A DNA stretch of 64,000 nt from Gemmatimonadales bacterium (lineage in GTDB: Bacteria; Gemmatimonadota; Gemmatimonadetes; Gemmatimonadales; GWC2-71-9): NCBI GenBank assembly GCA_037189525.1, contig JBBCJC010000001.1:480001-544000 (forward strand), read 5' to 3'. How positions within the stretch are numbered: position 1 is the stretch's first letter; every line of letters starts with the position of its first letter. The position numbers and the translations under genes are program-made. Shown piece after piece: positions 1 to 9,187 of the stretch. A model generated the notes under the pieces. That model was given only the letters and a program-made list of their open reading frames with translations, had not been told where the DNA came from and ran no database searches.

Positions 1-1
1 C

Positions 2-913
2 GACCCCATAACGCGGAGCAACCGAAATCTGCCGGCCACCACCGTGCTGCTGGCGACCGATGTCGCGGCCGAGGGCCTCAACCTCCGCAGCGCGGCCCGG
101 ATCGTCCACTATGACCTGCCGTGGACGCCGATCCGGCTCGAGCAGCGTGATGGACGGGCCTTGCGTCCGGGTTCTCTGCATCCCGATATCGAGGTGGTCC
201 GGTTCGAGCTCCCCACTCCGGTGGAAGCGCGCATCGGCGTGGAGGAAATCCTGGCGAGGAAGCGGGCCATCTCACGCCTGGCCCCAACGAGAGAACTGCC
301 GGAGGATGAGAACCGGGCCGGATGGTGCCGGGTTACCGGAAGTGAGGCTACCGCCCTGTTCCGCATCCGGAACCGGAGATCCGGAGCAACCGGCCTGCTC
401 GCCCTGACCCGAACTGCCGGAGGGGAATGGCGGGAAATCAGAGATCGCTCCCTCCCGCGCCTCGATTGCATCGAAGCTGGCGACCCTCATCCCGCGGAGA
501 TCCAGGAGATCCTGGAATCGCTGGCCACTCCGGTCCGCCACGCCGTTGATCGCATCGCTGCCGCGCGACTCGGCGCTTGCCCGGTTGCCGCGGGGGCCCT
601 GGCGTACCTTCGCGCCGAGACCGCGCGCTATCGGCGCACTCGTGATGCCGACGGGCTTTCCCGAAGCGGAAACGCGCTCTGCTTTCTGCGCCGCGGACAT
701 ACGGCAGCCGAGGCGATGCTGGTTGATCGGATGGCCGGGGGAGATCGGACCGCGTTCGACCTGGCGGCCCGGATCGGCGCCGCGGAGGACGAATCCGACA
801 CCCTGACTGCGGACCTCCTGATCCTGGCTATTCCTGCCCGGGCGCCTCAGGTCGTTGTCCCGGCGCGGACGACCTACAGACCGTCCGACGACGTCGCTAC
901 CTTCAGCCCATGA
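2..913 (+). CDS. SF2/SNF2-like helicase, C-terminal part (truncated by window edge)
   Basis: LLATDVAAEGLNL...VHYDLPWTPIRLEQRDGRALR are helicase-C motifs V/VI; frame is open from base 2. Confidence 0.8.
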   Translation, partial: DPITRSNRNLPATTVLLATDVAAEGLNLRSAARIVHYDLPWTPIRLEQRDGRALRPGSLHPDIEVVRFELPTPVEARIGVEEILARKRAISRLAPTRELPEDENRAGWCRVTGSEATALFRIRNRRSGATGLLALTRTAGGEWREIRDRSLPRLDCIEAGDPHPAEIQEILESLATPVRHAVDRIAAARLGACPVAAGALAYLRAETARYRRTRDADGLSRSGNALCFLRRGHTAAEAMLVDRMAGGDRTAFDLAARIGAAEDESDTLTADLLILAIPARAPQVVVPARTTYRPSDDVATFSP

Positions 914-1566
914 CTCGCACTACCACTGTGTTATTCGATCTCGACGGCACCCTGCTGGATTCGATCCAGCTGATCATCGACAGCTACCATCACAGCCTGG
1001 CCACCCATGGCCTGCCCCCGCGGACCGACGCGGAATGGCTTGCCGGGATCGGCACCCCGCTTCGGGTCCAGTTTCGCGACTGGGCCTATGACCCGGTCCT
1101 GTTCGACGCCCTGGTTGAAACCTATCGGGAGTACAACATCTCGAACCACGACAGCCGGTGCCGTGGCTATCCCGGCGCCGTGGAAATGGTCCGCACCATC
1201 CGCGACCGTGGATTTCGGACCGGCCTGGTGACCAGTAAGCAGCGGGCCGGCGCCGAACGGGGCCTTCGGCTCCTGGGCCTCGACGGCGCAATGGACGTCC
1301 TGATCGGTGCGGACGACGTGGTCAATCCGAAGCCACACCCCGAACCGCTGATCAAGGCCGCGGATCATCTCGCGGTCGACCCGCGGAGCGCGATCTACGT
1401 CGGGGACAGCGTCCACGACATGGAGAGCGGCCGGGCGGCAGGAATGCGCACGGCGGCGGCGCTGTGGGGGCCTTTCAGTCAGGACGATTTGGTCCGGACC
1501 AAGCCGGACCATTGGCTTGAAACCCCGGCGGATCTCCTCACGTTGTTGCATCGCGAGACTGCCTGA
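910..1566 (+). CDS. HAD-superfamily hydrolase (PpaX/phosphoglycolate phosphatase-like)
   Basis: FDLDGTL motif I, VTSK, KPHPEP, YVGDS..D; ATGA overlap with upstream gene. Confidence 0.9.
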   Translation: MTRTTTVLFDLDGTLLDSIQLIIDSYHHSLATHGLPPRTDAEWLAGIGTPLRVQFRDWAYDPVLFDALVETYREYNISNHDSRCRGYPGAVEMVRTIRDRGFRTGLVTSKQRAGAERGLRLLGLDGAMDVLIGADDVVNPKPHPEPLIKAADHLAVDPRSAIYVGDSVHDMESGRAAGMRTAAALWGPFSQDDLVRTKPDHWLETPADLLTLLHRETA

Positions 1567-1777
1567 AGCCTTTCACACCGGGGAGGCGCAGCTCAACCGT
1601 CTGCAAGCCGCGCAAATTACCCTGCTCCAGGCGGTAGACGGCAAGCCGATCAGCGAAATCGCCGTTGCCTCGCCGTTTGCACCGGGCAAGACCTATAACC
1701 TGTACTCGTGCTTCAGCATCCTGCCGCGCCACCAGCACCGGCATCTCTGGCAGGCCGAGCAGATCTGGGGAGCCTGA
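1562..1777 (+). pseudogene. DinB-family protein C-terminal fragment
   Basis: SPF...YNLYSCFSILPRHQHRHLWQAEQI resembles a DinB C-terminus (HxxxH); no N-terminal half or good start. Confidence 0.5.
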
Positions 1778-1841
1778 AACGGACCTCAGGCGAAGGCCGT
1801 CTGATGCGTGACGGCCGGGTCCACGAACGGATCTGAAACAA

Positions 1842-1879
1842 TTGATCGTACATATTACGTACAATTGACCGGACCTTTC
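1842..1879 (+). promoter_or_regulatory. Direct-repeat site TTGATCGTAC / TTGACCGGAC upstream of esterase copy 1
   Basis: Repeats start at 1842 and 1865; same arrangement upstream of the paralogue (56759 and 56781). Confidence 0.5.
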
Positions 1880-1936
1880 GTGCATGTGAAGTACGAGCTA
1901 CCTTCTGGCCACCCTCCCTTCTGCTCGAGGCAAACG

Positions 1937-3568
1937 TTGCCGTCTTTGCTCCGCTCACTGGCCGTCGCCCTGATCGCCTTCGCGCCGGCGGCCGCTGCCG
2001 GTCAGGCGGCTCCGCGCTTCGACGTGACCATCGCCCCGACCGCCCATGCCGGCCCAGTGACCGGCCGTCTGCTCGTGATCGTCTCCAAGACCAATCAGGC
2101 AGAACCTCGGCTGATGATATCGCCGTCGGGGCCGGCCATCTTCGGCGTGGACCTCGAAGCCGTCACGCCGGGACGATCCATCACGGTCGACCGCCGCGCC
2201 ATCGGATTTCCGACCAGCCTGGACTCGCTGCCGCCGGGAGAGTACTGGGTTCAAGCCCTGGTCCGGGTCTACTCCGAAGTCCGGCGAGCCGATGGGAAGA
2301 CCCTCTGGCTGCCGATGAACGACGGCCGGATTGCGCCGTTCAACAACGAGGCCGGCGCCCTGGTGAGCGAGGTACAGCAGGTGCGCATCGACGGCAGCAC
2401 CCCGATCCGCCTCACCCTGACGCGCGCCCTTCCGGAAACGCCGCCGCCCGCCGAGACGGATTGGGTCAAGCGGGTGAGGGTCCAGAGCAAAAAGCTCTCT
2501 GCGTTCTGGGGCCGGCCGATCTACATCTATGCGACGGTCCTGCTGCCCCGGGGATATGCGGAGGAACCGAATCGCCGTTATCCCGCGATCTACACTTTGG
2601 GCCACAACGTTCCGTTTCAGTTCCGGACCGATTCGGTCGGCCGCGGCATCGGCGAGATCAGCCCGGTGACCGGCGTCGAGACCGGCTTCGACTTCTACAA
2701 ATCGTGGAACGCCCCGGACTTTCCGCGGGTGATTGCGATTTCGCTCGAACAGCAAACGCCCTACTTCCCCGACTCCTACTCCACCAACTCCGCCAACAAC
2801 GGCCCCTACGGCGATGCGGTGGTCGAGGAAGTCATTCCGGAACTGGAGCGCCGCTTCCGAATCATCGCCGCTCCCTACGCGCGGCACCTGGAGGGGGCCT
2901 CGACGAGCGGCTGGCAGAGCCTCGCGTTGCAGCTCCACTACCCCGACTATTTCGGCGGCGCCTGGATCTTCCAGCCCGACCCGATCGATTTCAGCCGGCA
3001 TCAGCTGGTCGACATCTATAAGGACGACAACGCCTTCTCGATCCCAGCCGGCCAGTTCATCGCTGCGGAGCGACCGATGCGGCGGACGGTCGAGGGGCAG
3101 CCCGTCTGGACCGTTCGGCAGATGAGCCGGTTCGAGGCCGTGCTCGGATCCAAAGGGCGCTCCGGTTTCCAGTTCAATGCCTGGGAAGCGGTCTACGGTC
3201 CGACCGACGACGAAGGGTATCCCAAGCCGCTCTGGAACCCGCTCACCGGAGTGATCGACAAGTCGGTCGCGGCCTACTGGAAGGAACACGGCTATGACCT
3301 CCGGGACTACGCCGAGCGCAACTGGACAACGTTGGGCCCCAAGCTCCGAGGCAAGCTGCGCTTCTTCCTGCCCGACATGGACGACTTCTACCTGAACGTC
3401 GCGATGTACCGGTTCGAAGACTTTCTGAAGCGCGCCCAGCCGGCGAGTGACGCCGAGTTCATCTATGGGCGGCCGATGAAGGGCCACAGCTGGCATCCAT
3501 ATCCCTGGGCCGAACTGGTGCGGCGCTTTGCCGCGGCAGTCGAGGCCAACACTCCCACGACTCGCTAA
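1937..3568 (+). CDS. Secreted alpha/beta hydrolase (putative esterase family), copy 1
   Basis: TTG start at 1937 aligns with the paralogue start; signal peptide; NSANNGPYGDA and GASTSG nucleophile-elbow-like motif. Confidence 0.8.
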   Translation: MPSLLRSLAVALIAFAPAAAAGQAAPRFDVTIAPTAHAGPVTGRLLVIVSKTNQAEPRLMISPSGPAIFGVDLEAVTPGRSITVDRRAIGFPTSLDSLPPGEYWVQALVRVYSEVRRADGKTLWLPMNDGRIAPFNNEAGALVSEVQQVRIDGSTPIRLTLTRALPETPPPAETDWVKRVRVQSKKLSAFWGRPIYIYATVLLPRGYAEEPNRRYPAIYTLGHNVPFQFRTDSVGRGIGEISPVTGVETGFDFYKSWNAPDFPRVIAISLEQQTPYFPDSYSTNSANNGPYGDAVVEEVIPELERRFRIIAAPYARHLEGASTSGWQSLALQLHYPDYFGGAWIFQPDPIDFSRHQLVDIYKDDNAFSIPAGQFIAAERPMRRTVEGQPVWTVRQMSRFEAVLGSKGRSGFQFNAWEAVYGPTDDEGYPKPLWNPLTGVIDKSVAAYWKEHGYDLRDYAERNWTTLGPKLRGKLRFFLPDMDDFYLNVAMYRFEDFLKRAQPASDAEFIYGRPMKGHSWHPYPWAELVRRFAAAVEANTPTTR

Positions 3569-3595
3569 CCGTCCCACCCGACGAAGGACCGACCC

Positions 3596-4330
3596 ATGTC
3601 CAATTCCGAACGCCGCGAGCTTCGCATCCTGCGCATCTACGGCCTGATGGCCACCCTGCTGCTCACCTGGTTCAGCGTGAGCGCCTTCCAGGCTCAGCCC
3701 GACAAGGTCCGCTTCACGGAAATCGATGTCGAGCGCATCAACGTTGTGGAGCCGGATGGCAGTTACCGGATGGTCATTTCCAACCGGCCGCGCTCGATCG
3801 GCCCGATCTTCAAGGGCAAGCCATTCGGGTATCCGGGCGGCGGGCGTCCCGGAGTCATCTTCTTCAATGACGAAGGCACCGAGAACGGCGGACTGACCTT
3901 TACCGGCAAGACCGACGCGAACGGGCGCTATCAGTCGAGCTTGCACATGTCGTTCGACCAGTTCAACCAGGACCAGGTCATGGTCCTCAACTATCAGGAC
4001 GACACCGACACCAAGCGGACCGGCATCACCTTTGCCGAGCGGGCGCCGATTCCGATCATCGAAATGGTCGAAGAGATGGAGAAGATCCGGGCCATGCCGG
4101 ACGGACCCGCCAAGGAAGCTGCGCAGAAGAAGTTCGGCGAGCCTCGGAACGGTGTTCCTCTGTACGCCGAGCGCGCCTATCTCGGCCGCAATATCCAGAA
4201 GGCGTCGGTCCTCCGGCTGGCCGACCCGAACGGCAAGCCGCGCATTCTGATCCAGGTCGACTCGCTCGGCAATCCGAGCCTCGAGTTCCTGGACGCCAAC
4301 GGCAAGGTGACGAACCGCTTCCCGCAGTAA
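3596..4330 (+). CDS. Membrane-anchored/exported hypothetical protein
   Basis: N-terminal hydrophobic helix; EIDVERINVVEPDG and LADPNGKPRI motifs shared with paralogue 60116-60865. Confidence 0.75.
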   Translation: MSNSERRELRILRIYGLMATLLLTWFSVSAFQAQPDKVRFTEIDVERINVVEPDGSYRMVISNRPRSIGPIFKGKPFGYPGGGRPGVIFFNDEGTENGGLTFTGKTDANGRYQSSLHMSFDQFNQDQVMVLNYQDDTDTKRTGITFAERAPIPIIEMVEEMEKIRAMPDGPAKEAAQKKFGEPRNGVPLYAERAYLGRNIQKASVLRLADPNGKPRILIQVDSLGNPSLEFLDANGKVTNRFPQ

Positions 4331-4341
4331 CGAACAGCAGT

Positions 4342-4384
4342 GCGATTCGGGCGGCGCGCCTGCATGGTGCGCCGCCCGAACCGC
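4342..4384. terminator. GC-rich hairpin between convergent genes
   Basis: ttcgggcggcgcgcc-tgcat-ggtgcgccgcccgaa inverted repeat. Confidence 0.6.
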
Positions 4385-4387
4385 TTC

Positions 4388-7102
4388 CTACCTGATCCGC
4401 TCCGCCGTAAAGGGGAAGACGAAGTCCTCGGAGCCACCCTGGCGGAGCTGGCCAGTCTCGCCGTCCACCCACCAGATCGTGATTCTGATCGTCCCGGTCA
4501 TCACCTTGCCGTTACGGGTGGCGGTGATCCGGATGCCGCCGCGGGGACCGATCTGCGTCCCGATGTCTTCGATGTCGTAGGGGCCGGTAGCCATGATGTA
4601 CTGGCCGGTCAGCGTGCCGCTGCCAAGATCCTCCGTCGTCTGCGACCAGCGGCTGGTCTCCCACCCCGCGAAATACGGCCCGACTCCTGACGCCTCCTGC
4701 GGCATCACCCCGAGCGTCTGGCGCACCTCACCCGGAAGCGTCGCGGCAGGCGGGCAGCAGTTGGCGGCGCTCCAGGTCGCGGTGGGAAGCACCCGAAGCC
4801 GCAGGGTCGAGCTACCCGCGCCCAGCTCGTCGATGGCGATCAGGCCGGAGCCCGGAACGGCGACCGCGCGACTCAGCACGTCGTAGATCTCGCCCGATTC
4901 GCCGGGGTTCCCTTTGTCGACCAGGCCGTCCGGATCCGTGAAGCTGGTGAGCCGCCAGTAGGGTGCGGGGTCGCTTCCAACCTCTACAGTATCGGCGGCG
5001 AGGACGTTCCGCGTCATACTGAGCAGCGTCGCAATGACACGATAGTTGCCGGACTCTTCGTACGTATGCGTGGCCGTGGCAAGGCTCAGGCTTTCGGTGG
5101 TGTTGCCGTCGTCCCACTCCCAGCGGATCCGGTAGCCGCCCTCCGGCGGCATCGCCACGCTTGCTTCGAATGACACTTCCAGGTCGTCCTCGAGCTCAAC
5201 GGTTTCCGGCTCGACCTTGAAATCGGCGCGGAGGGCGTTGAGCATGTGGGCGGACACCTGTTTGAGCCGGCCCCCGGCGATCGCGAACGCTGAGACCACC
5301 AGCGGTGTCGGCGTCGCCTCCGGCAGGTCGTTCAAGCCGGGCGCATCGAGGCCGACGGTCGAGGTGTTGCTGCGCACGACCTCCGCCCCGCTGGTCGGGA
5401 AGTTGATCATTACGCCCCCTGACAGCGTGGGGATCCGGAGCGTGATGAACTTCGATCGGATCACGAGATGGTCCTCCGGCGTCGGTTCCCATCCGCCGTT
5501 CGCACCCACCTGCGTCTCCAGCGGCACCGCCGGCAGCCCGGCCTGCTCGGCCATGGCCTTGTTGATCGCCGCGCGGGCAGCCGGCGAGACCGTCGGGAGC
5601 TGCTGCAGGCTCCTGAGCAGATCGCCCAGCTTCTCGTACGCGAGCACCAGCGAATTGACCGGGGTCAGGCCGTCGGTCTCCCGGTCCGGCCCGTCGGCGG
5701 TTGTGCGCACCTGCTGAGGCGTGAACCCGGTCGCCGGGTTGCGCACCACGGTCAGGGCCTGTGCTTTGGCGTGGTTGACGATCTGGAGCGCCCCCCCGCC
5801 GCTGGCGAACGCGGTCCCGAACGCGACCTGCCCGCTCGCGGCGGTCGTCATGGCGGCGGGTGTCGCGCCCCGCATGGCGAGGTTAGCGGTCATGGCCTGG
5901 CTCACCAGGTCGTCGCGCTCCGGCTTGGGCATCCGCCGGAGTTCCTCGTTCAGGGTGTTGAGGACACGGGAGAGGCCCTCGAAGATCCGCTTGTGGCCGC
6001 TCACCACCGCACCAAGCGGCGCCGCTTCGCCATAGAAGCCGGGCTCCTCGATCCCTTTCACCAGCGTCGCGAGCCGCGGCCCGTCGAGCGCGAAATTGAG
6101 CGCCTCGAGCCCGGCAATGGCGGCGCCGTGCCCGTCGGGGAACTGCGCCGAGCCGTGCTCCACCACGGGCCAGCGGTCGTCGGCCGGATTCATCACCGCC
6201 GGGACCTCAGGCATCGGCACCGGGAACTCAACCGGGAACAATTGACCGATCCCGGGCAGGCGCTGATTGCTCATCACGGCCGCAAAGCTGCTGGGCGTGG
6301 GCCCGAGGAGCAAATCGGCGCGCAGATGGGTCGTAGCCACCCGGATCGACGTCGCGGTCCGGCCCACGGTGGGCACCACCTCGGTGACGCCTCGCACCGG
6401 ATCGTGGAAGGCGATCACGACACCGCGGCCCGTCGGGACGGTGACCGGGATGTCCAGGAAGATGACGTCGTCGAGACGAGGTTGTTCCGTGGTCACCTCG
6501 AGAATCGGACCGGCGACCTGATAGCCGTTGGGAAGCGTGGGCGCCGTGGCGTTCGGGAGCACCCGCAACTGCCAGGTGCCGGGTATGGTCAGAGCGCCGG
6601 ACGGCACCGTGAGCTTGAGGCCCTGATAGGGATGGCCGGCCGCGGTGATCTCAAAGGTGCCACCGGTAACCGGGATCGCCACGTCGAGCAGTTCGGTCCC
6701 AGGCTGGATGGTAGCCTGGAAGACGGCGGGCGCGAGCGAGCCGACCTGGGCGGAGAGCCGCTGGTTACCCGAGGGACCGAGCGTCCACCGGGTAACGCGC
6801 GCGATCCCGGAGGCGTCGGTCGTCTGATTGGCGCCCTCGACCGTGCCGCCGCCTTCGGTCACGGAGAACTGGACGGCGACACCGGCCAGCCCGCGCCCCT
6901 GGCCGTCGCGTACCACGACGGCGGGGGCCACCACCACTGCCGTGCCGCTCGCGGCGGACTGCTGGTTCCCCGCTTCGACACTGATCGAGGCCGGGGTCGG
7001 AGGAGGCGGCGGCGGAGGTGGTGGCGGATTCGGAGTGGGCTCGGTTCCCCCACAGGCGGCGAGAAGGAGCAGAAACAACGTACTGGCACGGGTCGCCGTC
7101 AT
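4388..7102 (-). CDS. Large lipoprotein with Ig-like and PKD-like domains
   Basis: Lipobox LAAC, poly-Pro linker, Big-like segment (GVAVQFSV..GGG), PKD-like WEWDDG...ATHTYEESGNY; ATG at 7102. Confidence 0.75.
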   Translation of the reverse strand: MTATRASTLFLLLLAACGGTEPTPNPPPPPPPPPPTPASISVEAGNQQSAASGTAVVVAPAVVVRDGQGRGLAGVAVQFSVTEGGGTVEGANQTTDASGIARVTRWTLGPSGNQRLSAQVGSLAPAVFQATIQPGTELLDVAIPVTGGTFEITAAGHPYQGLKLTVPSGALTIPGTWQLRVLPNATAPTLPNGYQVAGPILEVTTEQPRLDDVIFLDIPVTVPTGRGVVIAFHDPVRGVTEVVPTVGRTATSIRVATTHLRADLLLGPTPSSFAAVMSNQRLPGIGQLFPVEFPVPMPEVPAVMNPADDRWPVVEHGSAQFPDGHGAAIAGLEALNFALDGPRLATLVKGIEEPGFYGEAAPLGAVVSGHKRIFEGLSRVLNTLNEELRRMPKPERDDLVSQAMTANLAMRGATPAAMTTAASGQVAFGTAFASGGGALQIVNHAKAQALTVVRNPATGFTPQQVRTTADGPDRETDGLTPVNSLVLAYEKLGDLLRSLQQLPTVSPAARAAINKAMAEQAGLPAVPLETQVGANGGWEPTPEDHLVIRSKFITLRIPTLSGGVMINFPTSGAEVVRSNTSTVGLDAPGLNDLPEATPTPLVVSAFAIAGGRLKQVSAHMLNALRADFKVEPETVELEDDLEVSFEASVAMPPEGGYRIRWEWDDGNTTESLSLATATHTYEESGNYRVIATLLSMTRNVLAADTVEVGSDPAPYWRLTSFTDPDGLVDKGNPGESGEIYDVLSRAVAVPGSGLIAIDELGAGSSTLRLRVLPTATWSAANCCPPAATLPGEVRQTLGVMPQEASGVGPYFAGWETSRWSQTTEDLGSGTLTGQYIMATGPYDIEDIGTQIGPRGGIRITATRNGKVMTGTIRITIWWVDGETGQLRQGGSEDFVFPFTAERIR

Positions 7103-7271
7103 TGGAGGAACTCGGCTTGAGGGAGTCATTCTGGACGCGTAAGCGCCATGAAACGGGGCTCATCCATCGCAGATCCGAGATACGTCCCCCGCCATTCCGT
7201 GAGGACGAATTGTATCGATCGGACGAAATCGCCTTTACCCACCGTTGACCCCCGCGTGATCTGATCAGCGC

Positions 7272-7303
7272 GACCTCCTGCGAGACTTAATCGCAAGGAG
7301 GTC
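7272..7303 (+). promoter_or_regulatory. Hairpin sequestering the Shine-Dalgarno of the glycosyltransferase gene
   Basis: gacctcctgcga-gacttaa-tcgcaaggaggtc; GGAGG lies in the 3' arm, ATG at 7308. Confidence 0.5.
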
Positions 7304-7307
7304 ATCG

Positions 7308-8477
7308 ATGCGGATTGCCATTTTCTCAGAAGTCTACTGGCCGATGATCAGCGGGGTGGCCCACACCCTGGATCGGACGGTACAGGCGCTGATGGGCCGA
7401 GGTCATGCGGTGCGGGTCTACAGCGCCCGTTACGCCTTGCCGCCCGGCACTTCGGACCGGCCGGAAGCCCACCGATCACCTGCCCGGCCGTTTGCGTTGT
7501 CACCCGAGGTGGAATGGGCTCGGCCCAGGCAGGCGGAGATCACCGCCGATCTGGCGGCATTCGGTCCAGACGTGGTGCATCTGGCCACCGAGTTCCCAAT
7601 GGGCCGGGCCGGTCTCAAGGCGGCTCATCGGTTGGGCGTGCCAATCGTCGCGTCAGCGCACACCGACTACGAAAGCTACGCATCGCGCTACGGGTTCGGC
7701 TGGGCCGTGGCGCCGGGCTGGATCTACCTGCGGCGGTTCTATCGGCACGCCGAGGTAGTGCTGGCACCGAGTCAGGCGTATCAAGAGCAGCTCCAGCGTC
7801 GCGGAGTCAGACATACCGCGGTCTGGAGCCGGGGCATCGACACCGATCGTTTTCATCCCGGCTTTCGCTCGGAGGCGTACCGGGGCTCGCTGGGTCTCGG
7901 GCCGGACGACCTGCTGGTGGCGTACGTGGGCCGGTTGGCTCCGGAAAAGGGAGTCGATCGCCTGCTCAACGCCTGGGAGGCGCTGTGCGAGCAATATCCT
8001 CGTGCGCACCTGGCATTTACCGGGTCCGGCACGCTCGAACAGGCAATCGCCGAGCGAGGTTTGCCCCGGGTCCATCTGACCGGGGTTCGGCGTGGTGCTG
8101 ACCTGGCAGCGGCCTACGCGTCGGCCGATGTGTTCGTGTTGCCGTCGACGACGGAGACGTTCGGCAACGTGCTTTTGGAAGCGATGGCGTCGGGAACGGC
8201 GTCGATTGCGATGGCGGCCGGGGGCGTGCTGGACTATGGGCGGGACGGTGAGAATGTGCGGCTGGTGCGGCGATCGGACTCACTGGTCAGTTCCCTGAGT
8301 GAGCTGATCACGGATCCGGCCATGCGGCGCAGGCTGGCTTCAGGCGGCCGCGCTACCGCCGAAGCGCGTTCGTGGGCCAGCGTGGATGACGAGCTGGTGC
8401 GTCAATATCGATTTGCAGCCAAGAGGACCGTGCTAAACACTGCAATCGCCATCCTCCGATCGGAAGCGTCCGCATAG
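7308..8477 (+). CDS. Glycosyltransferase family 4 (GT-B)
   Basis: MRIAIFSEVYWP.ISGV, YVGRLAPEKG, ETFGNVLLEAMASG (EX7E). Confidence 0.92.
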   Translation: MRIAIFSEVYWPMISGVAHTLDRTVQALMGRGHAVRVYSARYALPPGTSDRPEAHRSPARPFALSPEVEWARPRQAEITADLAAFGPDVVHLATEFPMGRAGLKAAHRLGVPIVASAHTDYESYASRYGFGWAVAPGWIYLRRFYRHAEVVLAPSQAYQEQLQRRGVRHTAVWSRGIDTDRFHPGFRSEAYRGSLGLGPDDLLVAYVGRLAPEKGVDRLLNAWEALCEQYPRAHLAFTGSGTLEQAIAERGLPRVHLTGVRRGADLAAAYASADVFVLPSTTETFGNVLLEAMASGTASIAMAAGGVLDYGRDGENVRLVRRSDSLVSSLSELITDPAMRRRLASGGRATAEARSWASVDDELVRQYRFAAKRTVLNTAIAILRSEASA

Positions 8478-8519
8478 GGAGCGCCGGAGGCAGAAGACCG
8501 GAGCAGCGACCGCGGGCGA

Positions 8520-9032
8520 TCAGCCGCGGAACCAGAGACCGATCACGGCTCCCAGAACCGTGACCCAGCTGGCCACCAACCAGCGGGTCTGCGCAGCGAT
8601 CTTCCTTTCGAGCCTGGTCTCGAGTTCCGCCAACTTGACGTCGATCCTGGCTTCGAGCGCCGCCAGCTTGACGTCAAATCGGGCCTCCAGCGCCGCCAGT
8701 TTGACATCGAACCGAGCCTCGAGCTCCGCCAGCTTGACGTCAAACCGGGCCTCGAGCTCCGCCAGCCTGACATCGGACCGAGCCTCGAACTCCGCCAGCT
8801 TGCCGTTGATTCGGGCCTCGAACTCAGTCAGCTTGACGTTGACCCGAGCTTCGACTTCCGCCAACCGCTGCTCGTGCTTGGCGTCGAAGCGGGCGAAGTT
8901 GAGATCGTTGATTTCCTGAAGGTCTTCCCGATACGTGGCATCCACGGCGTTGAACCAGTCCACCAGTTCGTTGGCCACCCGCTCGCCAAGACGGTCGTAG
9001 AACTCCTGCGACAACCTGGCCGTCACTGGCAT
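8520..9032 (-). CDS. DUF1640/CCDC90-like coiled-coil membrane protein with 11-aa repeats, copy 1
   Basis: Head, about 7 ARFDVKLAALE-type units (33-bp DNA repeats), C-terminal TM helix. Confidence 0.75.
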   Translation of the reverse strand: MPVTARLSQEFYDRLGERVANELVDWFNAVDATYREDLQEINDLNFARFDAKHEQRLAEVEARVNVKLTEFEARINGKLAEFEARSDVRLAELEARFDVKLAELEARFDVKLAALEARFDVKLAALEARIDVKLAELETRLERKIAAQTRWLVASWVTVLGAVIGLWFRG

Positions 9033-9187
9033 CGGATGGCTCCTGGTGAAGTAGTCCAGCCGATACGATACAAGCTACGGCCGAGCCGCGCGGTTCCGAA
9101 AGTCCCGGACCAGGATCATTATCACCACGGATACAACGGGATGGTTCTCACCGGTGTCCAACCGGGCGGTAACGAACTCGAGATCCT

